NCBI GenBank assembly: GCA_963823555.1
Contig: CAWGMA010000001.1
Span: forward strand, 256,001 to 320,000
Reading direction: 5' to 3'
Length of the DNA stretch: 64,000 nt
From: Candidatus Eiseniibacteriota bacterium
GTDB taxonomy: Bacteria; Eisenbacteria; RBG-16-71-46; CAVPCR01
In this document: positions 51,895 through 61,599 of the stretch, piece after piece
How positions within the stretch are numbered: the first letter of the stretch is position 1
How the letters are laid out: the number at the start of each line of letters is the position of its first letter
Notes under the pieces: model-generated
Told to the model about the DNA's origin: nothing
Seen by the model: only the letters and a program-made list of their open reading frames with translations
Databases searched by the model: none
Made by a program: the position numbers and the translations under genes

Positions 51895-52817
51895 TGGCGC
51901 TTGCTCGCGGTGGATCACCGCTCCGCTCGATGAGCAGGGTGGTGGCCCGATTCCTGGACGTCCGTTCCCGGCGTGAGACGGCAGGAATCCTCGGTCTCAC
52001 CCTGGCGATCATGGCTGGGACGGATCTCCATCCCGTCGCGGCAGCCTTCGAATGGGATCCCCTGACTCCGCAGAGTCTCATCCTCGGGGATTCGGCGGTC
52101 CGGTGGCCGGTGGCTGGTTCCGGACCAGGGTTCTGTGCCGATGCGCTGGTAGCCCGTCCATTCAACTGGCCCGGAGTCATGGCGAATGGTCTTCGCGTGG
52201 CCACTGCTCACGATGCGTTCGGCCTCGGATCGAGCTGGTCGCTCCTGCAAGCACCGGCCTACCGCGAATCGCGCCTCGCGATCGGGATCTCGCATGGTGG
52301 CGAATGGCAGCGGCTGGGTCTCGTGGTCAACCTCCTGCACGTGGCGGCGGGTGACGCCGTCCGCCGCGCGGAGGGCGGCGCGGCCCTCGATCTGGTCTGG
52401 GACCTCCATCTCTCCCCGCTTGACGTGGGCGCGCGCGTTTCCGGCGCTCTCGAGAGCCGGGGCGCGCGCCACCTGGGCGAACCACGGGAATGGAAACTCC
52501 GCGCATGCGTGCATCTGGCTCCTCTCGATGCCGAGCTCCGGATCGAAGAGGGGTCCCGCGGGCGCAGGGCCGGCATGGGTGTGATTCTGCGGCCATGGCC
52601 GCCGCTGGCCGTTGGGGTGGGATGGTCCACGACCGAGTTGCCGCTGCGCCTGTTCATTGAAGTCCGGCGGCAATGGGTCGCCATCGGCTGGGGCACCGCC
52701 TTCCATACCGAGCTACCGCCAACGCCGGTCGTTGCCCTGTCGCTCCTCCCATCTCGAGTCGAGGGGGATGGCTCACCGGGGGTGGGGGAAACCAGTGTGG
52801 TCGAGGGGTCTCGCTGA
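51891..52817 (+). CDS. hypothetical exported beta-strand-rich protein (divergent PorQ/PorV-like barrel?)
   Basis: signal-like segment ending AAAFE; alternating amphipathic strands; H.EL..T near the end; ATGA overlap. Confidence 0.45.
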   Translation: MMALARGGSPLRSMSRVVARFLDVRSRRETAGILGLTLAIMAGTDLHPVAAAFEWDPLTPQSLILGDSAVRWPVAGSGPGFCADALVARPFNWPGVMANGLRVATAHDAFGLGSSWSLLQAPAYRESRLAIGISHGGEWQRLGLVVNLLHVAAGDAVRRAEGGAALDLVWDLHLSPLDVGARVSGALESRGARHLGEPREWKLRACVHLAPLDAELRIEEGSRGRRAGMGVILRPWPPLAVGVGWSTTELPLRLFIEVRRQWVAIGWGTAFHTELPPTPVVALSLLPSRVEGDGSPGVGETSVVEGSR

Positions 52818-54139
52818 TGCGATCCCCGGTCTTCGCATTGATCGCGTTCGCCATGGCCGGGCTGGTCCCCGCCGTGCTTGTCGACGCCGCGGCTCCTGTC
52901 GTCCGTGGGCGGACCACCATCGACTGCGCCCGCGGCGCGCATCCTCGGCTTTCATTCGACTGGAGGGTGGGTCGGGGCCGATTGCTCGGTTCTCTGCGCG
53001 GCGGGCGACTGTCAGCGATACGGCTCACCATGCCGGGCGTGGGCGCCGTCGAGACCATGAGCGCCGGCCGACTTGCCATTCACTGGGGAGGTGGGGCCTC
53101 CTCGCTTGGCCGTTCTCCCACCGGTGCTGCCGTCGTGGCCTCCGGGGGTCCGAGCGCCATGAGCGGTGGGGCGATGACATGCCGCGTCGCCGGGGGAAAG
53201 CTCCTTCTCGCTGCGGGGCAGCACGAGATCGACGCTGCTGCGGGGCAGCGATCGCATCGCGCGCCACGGCGGACGACGGCGATCGTTGCCTGGTCACGGT
53301 GGGGAATGGGTGCTCTGGCCGGGATCGAGGACGGCCGGACGATCGGCACCATCTACTGGAGCCTCAGGTCTCCTTCGAGCCGCTGCGAGCTCGAGCTCGC
53401 GCCATGGGGCGAGAAGCGTGGCTTGGCCGCCCGGCTGGAGACCGACGCGGAGGGCATGGCGGCGCTGATCGACCTTCGATTTCGCGCCGCGAACCATCTG
53501 GCCCCCGGTGCAGCGGCTCGCCGTGGTGATACCGATCTTGAATTCGCTCTCCGCCGTTCCCTGGCCGGACTGCCGGCGATTCTCGGCGCCGAGATCGATC
53601 TCGCCGATACGCGGCACTCGGACTTTCCACTCACGCTCCTCGATGATCCACCAGCCGCCGCCACGTCACGAGCCTGGATCGAGCTCGCCATTCCCGACTG
53701 GGTTGACCGCGCCCGGGTGTCGCTCAAGGCCGAGCTGCGGCGTGCCGCGGGTCTGGACCAGAGCCGTCTTCATGCCGCCATAGCCACCGTCCCGGCGCGG
53801 GTGGCGCTGGACTGGACGGCCGGGGGTGGGCTCCTCATGAACCTCCGCCATCGCTGGGAGCTGCCGTTTGAACTCGGGATCGAAGCCGGCGCTGCCGCCT
53901 GGAGCGGTCCCCTTGCCGGGACCGGAACGACCATCGATTTGCCGCATGTTCCGGGTCAGGGGTTGCCGGCCCGGTTCGCCGCCCGAGGGCAGGAAGCCGG
54001 CTTCCTATTGGACTGGCAGCTGGCGCAAGTTCGTGTCAGACTGGGACTCGTGACCAGACGGTCGCTCGATGACGTCCCGGATGTTCGCGTCGCCTCACGT
54101 GTCGATCTGGCCTGGCCGCTCGCCGATCGAGGCTCGTGA
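52817..54139 (+). CDS. hypothetical exported protein, probable outer-membrane barrel
   Basis: signal-like N-terminus; beta-strand pattern ending SRVDLAW; TGATG coupling. Confidence 0.45.
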   Translation: MRSPVFALIAFAMAGLVPAVLVDAAAPVVRGRTTIDCARGAHPRLSFDWRVGRGRLLGSLRGGRLSAIRLTMPGVGAVETMSAGRLAIHWGGGASSLGRSPTGAAVVASGGPSAMSGGAMTCRVAGGKLLLAAGQHEIDAAAGQRSHRAPRRTTAIVAWSRWGMGALAGIEDGRTIGTIYWSLRSPSSRCELELAPWGEKRGLAARLETDAEGMAALIDLRFRAANHLAPGAAARRGDTDLEFALRRSLAGLPAILGAEIDLADTRHSDFPLTLLDDPPAAATSRAWIELAIPDWVDRARVSLKAELRRAAGLDQSRLHAAIATVPARVALDWTAGGGLLMNLRHRWELPFELGIEAGAAAWSGPLAGTGTTIDLPHVPGQGLPARFAARGQEAGFLLDWQLAQVRVRLGLVTRRSLDDVPDVRVASRVDLAWPLADRGS

Positions 54140-54164
54140 GTGACCGCTCAAGGAGGCTTTAGGC

Positions 54165-55334
54165 ATGCAGCTCGCACAACGCATGCGGAACCTGGGAACG
54201 GAAACCGCCTTCGATGTCCTGGCCCGCGCCCGCGCCCTGGAAGCCCAGGGACGGAAGATCATCCACCTCGAGATCGGCGAACCGGACTTCGATACGCCGG
54301 GAAACATCACGGAGGCCGCCATCTCGGCCCTCAAGGGGGGGTATACCCATTACGGGCCGGCCGCCGGGTTGCCCGAGCTACGGGAGGCCGCAGCCAAGAG
54401 AATCGAGCGCACGCACGGTCTCAAGGTGGATCCGGCGCGGGTGGTCGTGACGCCGGGCGCCAAGCCCATCATGTTCTTCACGATCCTCGCGCTCATCGAC
54501 CCCGGCGATGAAGTCATCTATCCGGATCCAGGATTCCCCATCTACGAGTCCATGGTCTCGTTCATCGGCGGCGTCCGGCGTCCGATCCGTCTGCGTGAAG
54601 AGCGTGGGTTCCGACTGGATGTCAACGAGCTTGCCGATCTCGTCAACGACAAGACACGCCTCATCATCCTCAACTCTCCACAGAACCCGACGGGAGGTGT
54701 GCTCACCAGGGACGACATGAAGGCCGTCGCCGAGGTCGTGAGCCGCAGCAAGGCCATGGTGCTCTCGGACGAGATCTACTCCGAGATCATCTACGACGCC
54801 GAGCACTGCTCGCTGGCTTCATTTCCCGGGATGTTCGAACGCACCATCATCCTCGACGGGTTCTCCAAGACCTACGCCATGACCGGCTGGCGCCTGGGCT
54901 ATGGCATCTTCCCCGACTGGTTGGCCCCCCAGATTGCCAAGCTCCAGATCAACGCCACGTCGTGCACGGCCAGCTTCACTCAGCGCGCCGGCGTCGAGGC
55001 GCTGAACGGGGCGCAGGATGGGGCGCGGGCCATGCTCGCCGAATTCCGTCGCCGCCGTGACGTGATCGTCAAGGGCCTGAATCAGATCCCGGGTATCAGC
55101 TGCCTGACCCCGGAGGGCGCGTTCTACGTCTTCCCCAACATCACCAAGACCGGCAAGACATCGCAGGAACTGGCCGATCTCTTGCTTAACGAGGCGGGCG
55201 TGGCGACTCTGCCTGGCACGGCATTCGGGCCGGCTGGGCAGGGATACCTGCGGTTCTCGTACGCCAATTCGGTCGAGAACATCCAGAAGGCGCTCGAGAA
55301 GATCACCGAGGTGCTGAGCGCCATCAGGGCCTGA
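54165..55334 (+). CDS. PLP-dependent class I/II (aspartate) aminotransferase
   Basis: GEPDFDTP, NSPQNPTG, SDEIY, GFSKTYAMTGWRLG, YLRFSYA. Confidence 0.95.
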   Translation: MQLAQRMRNLGTETAFDVLARARALEAQGRKIIHLEIGEPDFDTPGNITEAAISALKGGYTHYGPAAGLPELREAAAKRIERTHGLKVDPARVVVTPGAKPIMFFTILALIDPGDEVIYPDPGFPIYESMVSFIGGVRRPIRLREERGFRLDVNELADLVNDKTRLIILNSPQNPTGGVLTRDDMKAVAEVVSRSKAMVLSDEIYSEIIYDAEHCSLASFPGMFERTIILDGFSKTYAMTGWRLGYGIFPDWLAPQIAKLQINATSCTASFTQRAGVEALNGAQDGARAMLAEFRRRRDVIVKGLNQIPGISCLTPEGAFYVFPNITKTGKTSQELADLLLNEAGVATLPGTAFGPAGQGYLRFSYANSVENIQKALEKITEVLSAIRA

Positions 55335-55411
55335 TCGCTCCGAGCGGCGGCATAGGCGGAGAAGAGGACAGGCTCGGACGCCGCCAGGGCGGAGGCCGGT
55401 ACCGGCCTCCC

Positions 55412-56425
55412 GTGCTCGAAACGGCGGAGATTCCGCGCGGACTTCCCGATCCCAAGATGATTCGACCCCGTTGCCTGCTTTTGGCCCTTGGCGGCAATGC
55501 CATCATTCCGCCCGAGGGAGCAGGTACCATCGAAGAACAGGTCGCGATCACCGAGACGACCATGACCCAGGTCGTGACGGCGCTGGGGCCGGCCACGCGT
55601 CTCGTCCTGACGCATGGCAACGGTCCAGTGGTCGGGAACATCGTGCTGCGCAATGAAGCGGCCCGGGACACGATCCCGCCGATGCCCCTCGATATCTGCG
55701 GAGCCGATTCGCAGGGTGGCCTCGGCTACATGATCCAGCAGGTCCTGCGCAATGCGTTCACGCGCGCAGGCGAGGAGCGTGAGGTTGTCACCCTTGTCAC
55801 CCGGGTGCTTGTCAGCGCGGAGGATCCCGCCTTTGCGCACCCGACCAAGCCGATCGGTCCCTTCTATCGTCGCGAGGCGGCCGACCGGCTCCGGGCCACC
55901 CGTGGCTGGCGCATGATCGAGGACTCAGGGCGCGGGTACCGGCGTGTCGTGCCCTCGCCGCTACCGCGCGAGATCGTCGAATCGGCGGCGATCCGGAGTC
56001 TGGTCGAGACCGGGGTGGTGGTCATCGCCGCGGGAGGGGGCGGCATTCCGGTCGTGCGGCGAGAGGACGGCTCCCTCCATGGAGTCGAGGCAGTCATCGA
56101 CAAGGACCGTTCGGCCGCCGTGCTGGCGCGGACGGTCGGGGCCGATGTTCTCGTCATCGTCACCGGTGTCGACCGTGTGGCCATCGGTTACCAGACCCCC
56201 CGGCACAAGGATCTCGATGAGCTTCGCATCGATGATGCCCGACGCTATCTGGATGCGGGCGAGTTCCCCTCCGGTTCGATGGGACCGAAGATCGAAGCGG
56301 CGATCGACTTCATCCATGGAGGTGGACGCGAGGCCATCGTGACATCACCGCGCGTGCTCGGGCAGGCGCTTGCCGGCCGGCACGGAACGCGCATCATCCC
56401 GGCTGCCGGCGCGATCAGGACCTAG
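55412..56425 (+). CDS. arcC: carbamate kinase
   Basis: ALGGNA, THGNGP.VG, PTKPIGPFY, RRVVPSP, GGGGIPV, EAVIDKD, GSMGPK. Confidence 0.95.
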   Translation: MLETAEIPRGLPDPKMIRPRCLLLALGGNAIIPPEGAGTIEEQVAITETTMTQVVTALGPATRLVLTHGNGPVVGNIVLRNEAARDTIPPMPLDICGADSQGGLGYMIQQVLRNAFTRAGEEREVVTLVTRVLVSAEDPAFAHPTKPIGPFYRREAADRLRATRGWRMIEDSGRGYRRVVPSPLPREIVESAAIRSLVETGVVVIAAGGGGIPVVRREDGSLHGVEAVIDKDRSAAVLARTVGADVLVIVTGVDRVAIGYQTPRHKDLDELRIDDARRYLDAGEFPSGSMGPKIEAAIDFIHGGGREAIVTSPRVLGQALAGRHGTRIIPAAGAIRT

Positions 56426-56519
56426 CTCCCCGCTGTCCGCAGTTCCTCCCCCGCGCCTCGAGGCGTGTCCCCGCCATTCAACCTCCCCGGCACCTTGCCG
56501 CTCCCCGGCCGAGGTTCCA

Positions 56520-57191
56520 ATGAAGACCGATTCATGCCGCCGGTGCCGGCCCGGATCTGTGACCGGCATCCTCCTCGTCGGCACATCGCTGATCCTGGTT
56601 GGGGTGACGGGCGTCACGCTGGCCAATCCACAGGTTGTTCTCAACGAGTTGCTGGCCGACCCGGCTCGCGACTGGAACGGGGATCTCACGGTCGATGCGA
56701 CCGAGGACGAATGGGTGGAGATCGTGAACGTGGGAAACGTACCGGCGGATCTCACCGGTCTCCGCATCGGCGATCTCGATCGCGCCTGGGCCTACGGCTT
56801 CACCGGCATGCTGCCGGTGGAGGGCCGGATCGTCGTCTTCGGCAGCGATGCCAAGGGCTGGCAGCAGGCCAATGGCGTGGGCGCCTTTGGTCTTCGCTTC
56901 GCCAACACCGGCGATACCGTCGCGCTGTGGATGGTCACCGCGACCGATACGGTTCTCATCGACCAGTACACGTACGCCGATCATGAAGCCGATGACGACC
57001 GCTCCTCGGGGCGGCGGCCGGATGGCGGGGCGACGTGGGAACTGTTCGATGCTCTGAATCCGTACAGTGGGGGCGCCGTGCCCCAGGGCAACGGGTGCCC
57101 CCCGACGCCCGGTAACTCCAACCACTGCGCGACGGCGGTCGAGGATGTGACGTGGGGACGGGTCAAGGCGCGGCACCACCAGCAACCATGA
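56520..57191 (+). CDS. small secreted lamin-tail-domain protein with C-terminal TWGxxK motif
   Basis: signal peptide; VVLNELLADP..DWNGD..DEWVEIVN; PTPG.SN; ends TAVEDVTWGRVKARH. Confidence 0.8.
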   Translation: MKTDSCRRCRPGSVTGILLVGTSLILVGVTGVTLANPQVVLNELLADPARDWNGDLTVDATEDEWVEIVNVGNVPADLTGLRIGDLDRAWAYGFTGMLPVEGRIVVFGSDAKGWQQANGVGAFGLRFANTGDTVALWMVTATDTVLIDQYTYADHEADDDRSSGRRPDGGATWELFDALNPYSGGAVPQGNGCPPTPGNSNHCATAVEDVTWGRVKARHHQQP

Positions 57192-57258
57192 CGGGTGGAG
57201 CAGGTGCGGCGGGGATCCCGGCGTTCCCCGCGTGCTGAGATCCGGACCGTCACCAGCA

Positions 57259-57323
57259 GCCGAGCGGCAGGCGCTGGATCGCGGGGTCTCCTCCCGACCC
57301 CCGATCCCGCCTGCCGCTGCGGC
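57259..57323. terminator. long imperfect hairpin between convergent genes
   Basis: AGCGGCAGGCG/CGCCTGCCGCT, GGATCG/CGATCC and GGGGTC/GACCCC nested stems; no U-tract. Confidence 0.45.
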
Positions 57324-57346
57324 AGGTCGGCATGATCACCGGTGAG

Positions 57347-57874
57347 TCAGAAGAGTCGTCGCTCGAACTCGAGCTCGTCGCGGATGGGGACGCCGTCGAT
57401 CCCGAAGACGGGGATCTCCGGCTTGAGCCGCCGTGCCAGAGCGACCGCCTCCTCATGCACGGCGACACGAACATAACCCCTCCCGGCGTAGAACCTCATG
57501 GCCGGGAAGTTGTCGTTGGTCGTGACCAGCCAGATGCGTTGGCAGGCACGCGCCCGCGCGAGCTTCTCCGCGGCCGTCAACAGGGCGGTGCCGATGCCGC
57601 GCCGTTCGCAGAGGGAGTGCAGCAGCACGATTTCGAGCGAGAGCGGAGGTGGCGTGCAATGGAATGCGTAGAGCAGAATACCGAGCCGGACAGCGCCGTT
57701 CGCCGCTACGAGGCCGGGCAGGAGATCAGCGCGGTGGACCTGCCCGCGCGTGACCATGACGGGCGATCCCCAATGCTGAGGCAGGAACGAACGGAGCCAG
57801 GCGCGATCGCCCGGGGCGAGCCCGCGCAACGCGAAGGCCCGCGTACCATGGGCCACGTCACCGTCAGTATTCAT
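57347..57874 (-). CDS. GNAT family N-acetyltransferase
   Basis: RRGIGTALL acetyl-CoA motif; WLVTTNDN..A.RFY..RG; IP..G.DG.PIRDELE. Confidence 0.9.
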   Translation of the reverse strand: MNTDGDVAHGTRAFALRGLAPGDRAWLRSFLPQHWGSPVMVTRGQVHRADLLPGLVAANGAVRLGILLYAFHCTPPPLSLEIVLLHSLCERRGIGTALLTAAEKLARARACQRIWLVTTNDNFPAMRFYAGRGYVRVAVHEEAVALARRLKPEIPVFGIDGVPIRDELEFERRLF

Positions 57875-57918
57875 CCGGGATCCAGGCGTCGACCGGGGCG
57901 CTGGGAGAAGGGGGAATT

Positions 57919-58005
57919 TGGTGCGGAAGGGGGGACTTGAACCCCCACGAGCTTGCGCCCACTAGACCCTGAACCTAGCGCGTCTACCAATTCCGCCACT
58001 TCCGC
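57919..58005 (-). tRNA. tRNA-Leu(CAG)
   Basis: GCGGAAGTGGCGGAATTGGTAGACGCG..loop TTCAGGG..long variable arm..GGTTCAAGTCC..CCA. Confidence 0.97.
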
Positions 58006-58020
58006 ACCGACGGATCACGG

Positions 58021-58049
58021 AGTATAGGAGCCGCCGTTCTTCCTGTAAA
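58021..58049 (-). promoter_or_regulatory. sigma70 promoter of tRNA-Leu
   Basis: TTTACA-17 nt-TATACT on minus strand, 15 nt upstream of the tRNA. Confidence 0.75.
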
Positions 58050-58218
58050 GAGCGACACGCAAGCGGGCTGCCGGCCGGGGCGCCGCCGGCGAGGAACGGC
58101 GCGTGCCCCTTGCCGCCCCGCGGGGCGGGTGCTAGCTTCCACCGGGTCCGGACCGCGCCGGTCCCGGGATGGGACCGGCGGTCGGAGCGAAAGGTCCTCG
58201 CCAGGAAGCGCGCCATCC

Positions 58219-58752
58219 ATGCCCCGTACTGCAACCGCTCCCCCCGATGCCCCGCGGATCAAGCTCATTGCCACCAACCGCCGCGCGAGTCATGAGTACC
58301 ATCTCCTCGAGCGCTACGAGGCCGGTGTCGAGCTCGTCGGCACCGAGGTCAAGTCCTTGCGGCAGAAGGCGGCCAGCCTGCAAGACGCCTATGGTGCGGT
58401 CGAGGGAGAGGAGATCTTCCTCTGCAACTGCCATATCGCTCCCTACGAACAGGGGAACCGCTTCAATCATGAACCGCGCCGCAAGCGGCGCTTGCTCATG
58501 CACAAACGAGAGATCCTCCGCTTGAAGGGCAAGATCCTCGAGAAGGGTCTGACCCTGGTGCCGACCCGGATGTACTTCAAGAATGGTCGGGTGAAGCTCG
58601 AGCTGGCCATAGGACGCGGGAAGCGGCTCTATGACAAGCGTTCGGACGTGGCGAAGCGCGATGCTGACCGTGAGGTCGAACGCGCCGTCCGCGGCCGCCA
58701 GCTCGGAGCGGGTGGGCGGCGCGGCGGCCGGAGGGGAGCCAGCGATGACTGA
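58219..58752 (+). CDS. smpB: SsrA-binding protein
   Basis: NRRASHEY..EAGVELVGTEVKSLR, HIAPY, R.R.LL.HKREI, GKRLYDKR. Confidence 0.97.
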   Translation: MPRTATAPPDAPRIKLIATNRRASHEYHLLERYEAGVELVGTEVKSLRQKAASLQDAYGAVEGEEIFLCNCHIAPYEQGNRFNHEPRRKRRLLMHKREILRLKGKILEKGLTLVPTRMYFKNGRVKLELAIGRGKRLYDKRSDVAKRDADREVERAVRGRQLGAGGRRGGRRGASDD

Positions 58753-60046
58753 GGAACGCCGCTGCCCTGCGGCGAGCCCCGCACGGACAATCGCCCTTCT
58801 CTTGCTCGTCCTCTCCGCGTCCGGCACGCTCACCCAGGCCGCGCCTCGCCAGCGAGCGGACGCGCCGAGCGATCGAACCATCGTGGTTCTGTTCGGCGAT
58901 GGTCGTGGCCAGCGACAGGTTGCGGTGCGAGCCCTGGATGGCGACACCGAGGCTCTGGCCGCCGGGGACCTGGCCGAGATCCTGCAGGCAACTTCCTATT
59001 GGCGTAGCGAAACCAGGAAGCTCCTGTTCCGAGTCGAGGAGCATCGCCTGACCTTGAGCGCGGACAACACGTTCGTCATCCTCGACAACCAGGTGCGCCG
59101 CCTCCCGTCGCCGCCCCGTTTCCTGGCCGGGCAGCTTTGGGTACCGATTGCGGTCTTCGACCTCCTGGCCGCTGAACACGTGGTTCCCGGGGCCTGGAAT
59201 GCGGAACGTCGCGAGCTGGTCCTGGGTAGCGGACAGGCGGCGATGGCGCCGCGCTCCGGCGATTTCCGGGCGGCGCCCCTCACCCCGGAGCCGGGATCGG
59301 AAACGTCTCCATCGGTCGCCGAACTGCGTCGCGGGTTGGTCGCCCTCGATCCCGGGCACGGCGGCGAGGACGCGGGGACACGTTCGCCAGGAGGCCTGAT
59401 CGAGAAGCACATCACGCTCGAGCTAGCGACTCGTGTGCGCCGCCACCTCGAACGCGACGGCTGGTTCAAGGTGATGCTCGTGCGTGAGCGCGACGAGGGC
59501 GTTCCAGTGCCGCGGCGGGTGGAGATCGCCAACAGCGCGGGCGCGGATCTTCTTGTCAGCTTGCACATGGACCTGGTGGTCGAGCCCTCTCCGTCCCGCT
59601 TCCGTCTGTCGGTGCGGCCGGGCAGCAGCCGCGTCGTCTACGAGGATCTCAAACCCTTCGTCGCGGGAGCCGTGGCGGCTTCAGAGGTTCTACCGACCGC
59701 CAGCTTCAGGCGATGGGAATCCGCGGGGGTCGAGCGCGGGTCCGAATCCTACGTATTCGCGCAGATGATTGCGAAAGAGCTCGAAGGTCGCCATTCCGGC
59801 GAGTCGGCGACCGTGCACCGGCGTCCCGTGTGGACGCTGGAGGGAGCCACCATGCCCGCCGTGCTCGTCGAGATCGCTCCGTCCCGCGGTGCCTCCGGGG
59901 AGAGCCTGACCCGGGGCGAAGCGCTCGAGGAGCTGGCCGCCGCCCTCGCTGGCGGTATCCGCAGCTACTGGCTCGGCACCGGGGGGGCCAAGCCGGCGCC
60001 CGCTCGTTCCCGGTCCAATGCCGAGCCCCACGGAGTGGAACGGTGA
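58745..60046 (+). CDS. N-acetylmuramoyl-L-alanine amidase (Amidase_3)
   Basis: signal peptide; LDPGHGG.D, EK.ITL, R...AN, SLH, MPAVLVE. Confidence 0.85.
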   Translation: MTEERRCPAASPARTIALLLLVLSASGTLTQAAPRQRADAPSDRTIVVLFGDGRGQRQVAVRALDGDTEALAAGDLAEILQATSYWRSETRKLLFRVEEHRLTLSADNTFVILDNQVRRLPSPPRFLAGQLWVPIAVFDLLAAEHVVPGAWNAERRELVLGSGQAAMAPRSGDFRAAPLTPEPGSETSPSVAELRRGLVALDPGHGGEDAGTRSPGGLIEKHITLELATRVRRHLERDGWFKVMLVRERDEGVPVPRRVEIANSAGADLLVSLHMDLVVEPSPSRFRLSVRPGSSRVVYEDLKPFVAGAVAASEVLPTASFRRWESAGVERGSESYVFAQMIAKELEGRHSGESATVHRRPVWTLEGATMPAVLVEIAPSRGASGESLTRGEALEELAAALAGGIRSYWLGTGGAKPAPARSRSNAEPHGVER

Positions 60047-60636
60047 GGGCGGCGCGAAAGCCCGTGGCAAGACCCCAGGGCCGGAGCCTGCGCCTCCTCA
60101 TTGCGGGGATCGGATTCGTTCTCGCCCTGGGCTTCATCATCGCCGGCGTGCGCCACTTCAATATGCGCTCGCGCCCCGGCGAAGTCGCTGCGGGTCCCGG
60201 GCAGATCACGCGCTCGGTCGTCCTTCATTTTCTCGATGCAAGCGGACGGCTGGAGAGCGAAGTGCGCGAAGTGGCGGGCAAGGCGACGCTGGCTGCCCAG
60301 GTCGAGGCGGTGCTGGCCGAAGAGCTCGCCGGATCGATGAGCGATCTGGAACCCGCCATTCCGCCCGGCACCAGGCTGCTCCATGTCTTCGTCGGGCCTG
60401 GCAGCAACATCACGCTCGACCTATCACGCGAGATCGTCCGCAACCAGCCGGGAGATGTCGAGCGTGAATACGCGACGCTCGCTGCGCTCGTGCGCACGGT
60501 CCGTCTCAACTTCACCGAGATAACGACCCTGCAGATCCTGATCGAAGGTCAGCCGGAGCCCACTCTCGCCGGTCACTTTGCCATTGCGGGCCCGCTCGTC
60601 GCCGACGACTGGGTCCACGATGGTGCGGGGGACTAG
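60043..60636 (+). CDS. GerMN domain protein
   Basis: N-terminal TM; L.F..L..E.R; IPPGTRL; LDLS; V.T...F..I..LQILIEG..TLAGH; typical amidase-GerMN-murI-rph context. Confidence 0.8.
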   Translation: MRAARKPVARPQGRSLRLLIAGIGFVLALGFIIAGVRHFNMRSRPGEVAAGPGQITRSVVLHFLDASGRLESEVREVAGKATLAAQVEAVLAEELAGSMSDLEPAIPPGTRLLHVFVGPGSNITLDLSREIVRNQPGDVEREYATLAALVRTVRLNFTEITTLQILIEGQPEPTLAGHFAIAGPLVADDWVHDGAGD

Positions 60637-61539
60637 ATGATGGACGGAGCGAAGCGCGCGGCGGAGTCCACGGCCGCGGCAGCGGGGCATCGCCCGATCG
60701 GCGTCTTCGATTCAGGAATCGGCGGCCTCACCGTGGTGCGCGAGCTGATCCATCGCTTCCCCGGCGAGAGCATCGTCTACTTCGGCGACACGGCCCGCCT
60801 GCCCTATGGCACCAAGTCGGCGGCCACGGTGCGGCGGTTCTCCGTTGAGAACACCCACTTCCTGCTCAATCAGGGGGTGAAGCTCGTTGTGGTCGCCTGC
60901 AATACGTCCTCGGCGGTCGCGCTCGACATGCTCAAGCGGCAGTTCGACGTTCCGGTCCTCGGGGTGGTCGAGCCAGGGGCGCGAGCGGCGGCGGCGGCCA
61001 CCAGAAGCGGCCGGATCGGGGTCATTGGCACCTACGCAACGATCGCGAGCGGCAGCTATGAGAAGGCGATCCGCGAGCGCATCCCGGATGCGCAGGTGAG
61101 CGCAGTCGCCTGCCCGCTGTTCGTGCCGCTGGCCGAGGAGGGATGGCTCGACCACCCGGTGACCAGGGCGGTGGCCGGCGAGTACCTCGCGCCGCTGCGT
61201 GCCGCTCATGTCGACACCCTCGTGCTCGGCTGCACTCACTACGGAGTCCTCCGCTCGGATATCGAGAGCGTCTTCGCGGGAGAGGAAGTCGTGCTCGTGG
61301 ACTCGGCGGCCGAGGTGGCGCGCGAGGTGGCGGATCACCTGAGCCCGGCTGCCGCCGGGACTTCATCGCCCGTCCGCCGCTTCTTCGTCAGTGATATCCC
61401 GGCTCGTTTCCGGGACGTGGGCGGGCGGTTCCTGGGCCAGCCCCTCGCCGACGTGGCCATCGTGGACCAGACCGATCTGCCGTGGTTCGAGCGAGAACTC
61501 GTGCCGGAGCGCCTGGGGGGGCCGCCGAACGGCTCTTAG
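60637..61539 (+). CDS. murI: glutamate racemase
   Basis: IGVFDSGIGGLTV, GDTARLPYG, VACNTSS, LGCTHY. Confidence 0.97.
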   Translation: MMDGAKRAAESTAAAAGHRPIGVFDSGIGGLTVVRELIHRFPGESIVYFGDTARLPYGTKSAATVRRFSVENTHFLLNQGVKLVVVACNTSSAVALDMLKRQFDVPVLGVVEPGARAAAAATRSGRIGVIGTYATIASGSYEKAIRERIPDAQVSAVACPLFVPLAEEGWLDHPVTRAVAGEYLAPLRAAHVDTLVLGCTHYGVLRSDIESVFAGEEVVLVDSAAEVAREVADHLSPAAAGTSSPVRRFFVSDIPARFRDVGGRFLGQPLADVAIVDQTDLPWFERELVPERLGGPPNGS

Positions 61540-61599
61540 TCTGACGTTCGGCCGAGCTCACCCGGGGGGCTTCCTCTCCCCTGAGAGAAAGGCATTGAA

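Noticed and set aside
57919..58005. Genomic island integrated at tRNA-Leu or the tRNA cluster
   Set aside because: No integrase and no convincing duplicated tRNA 3' end noticed; flanking genes have host-like composition
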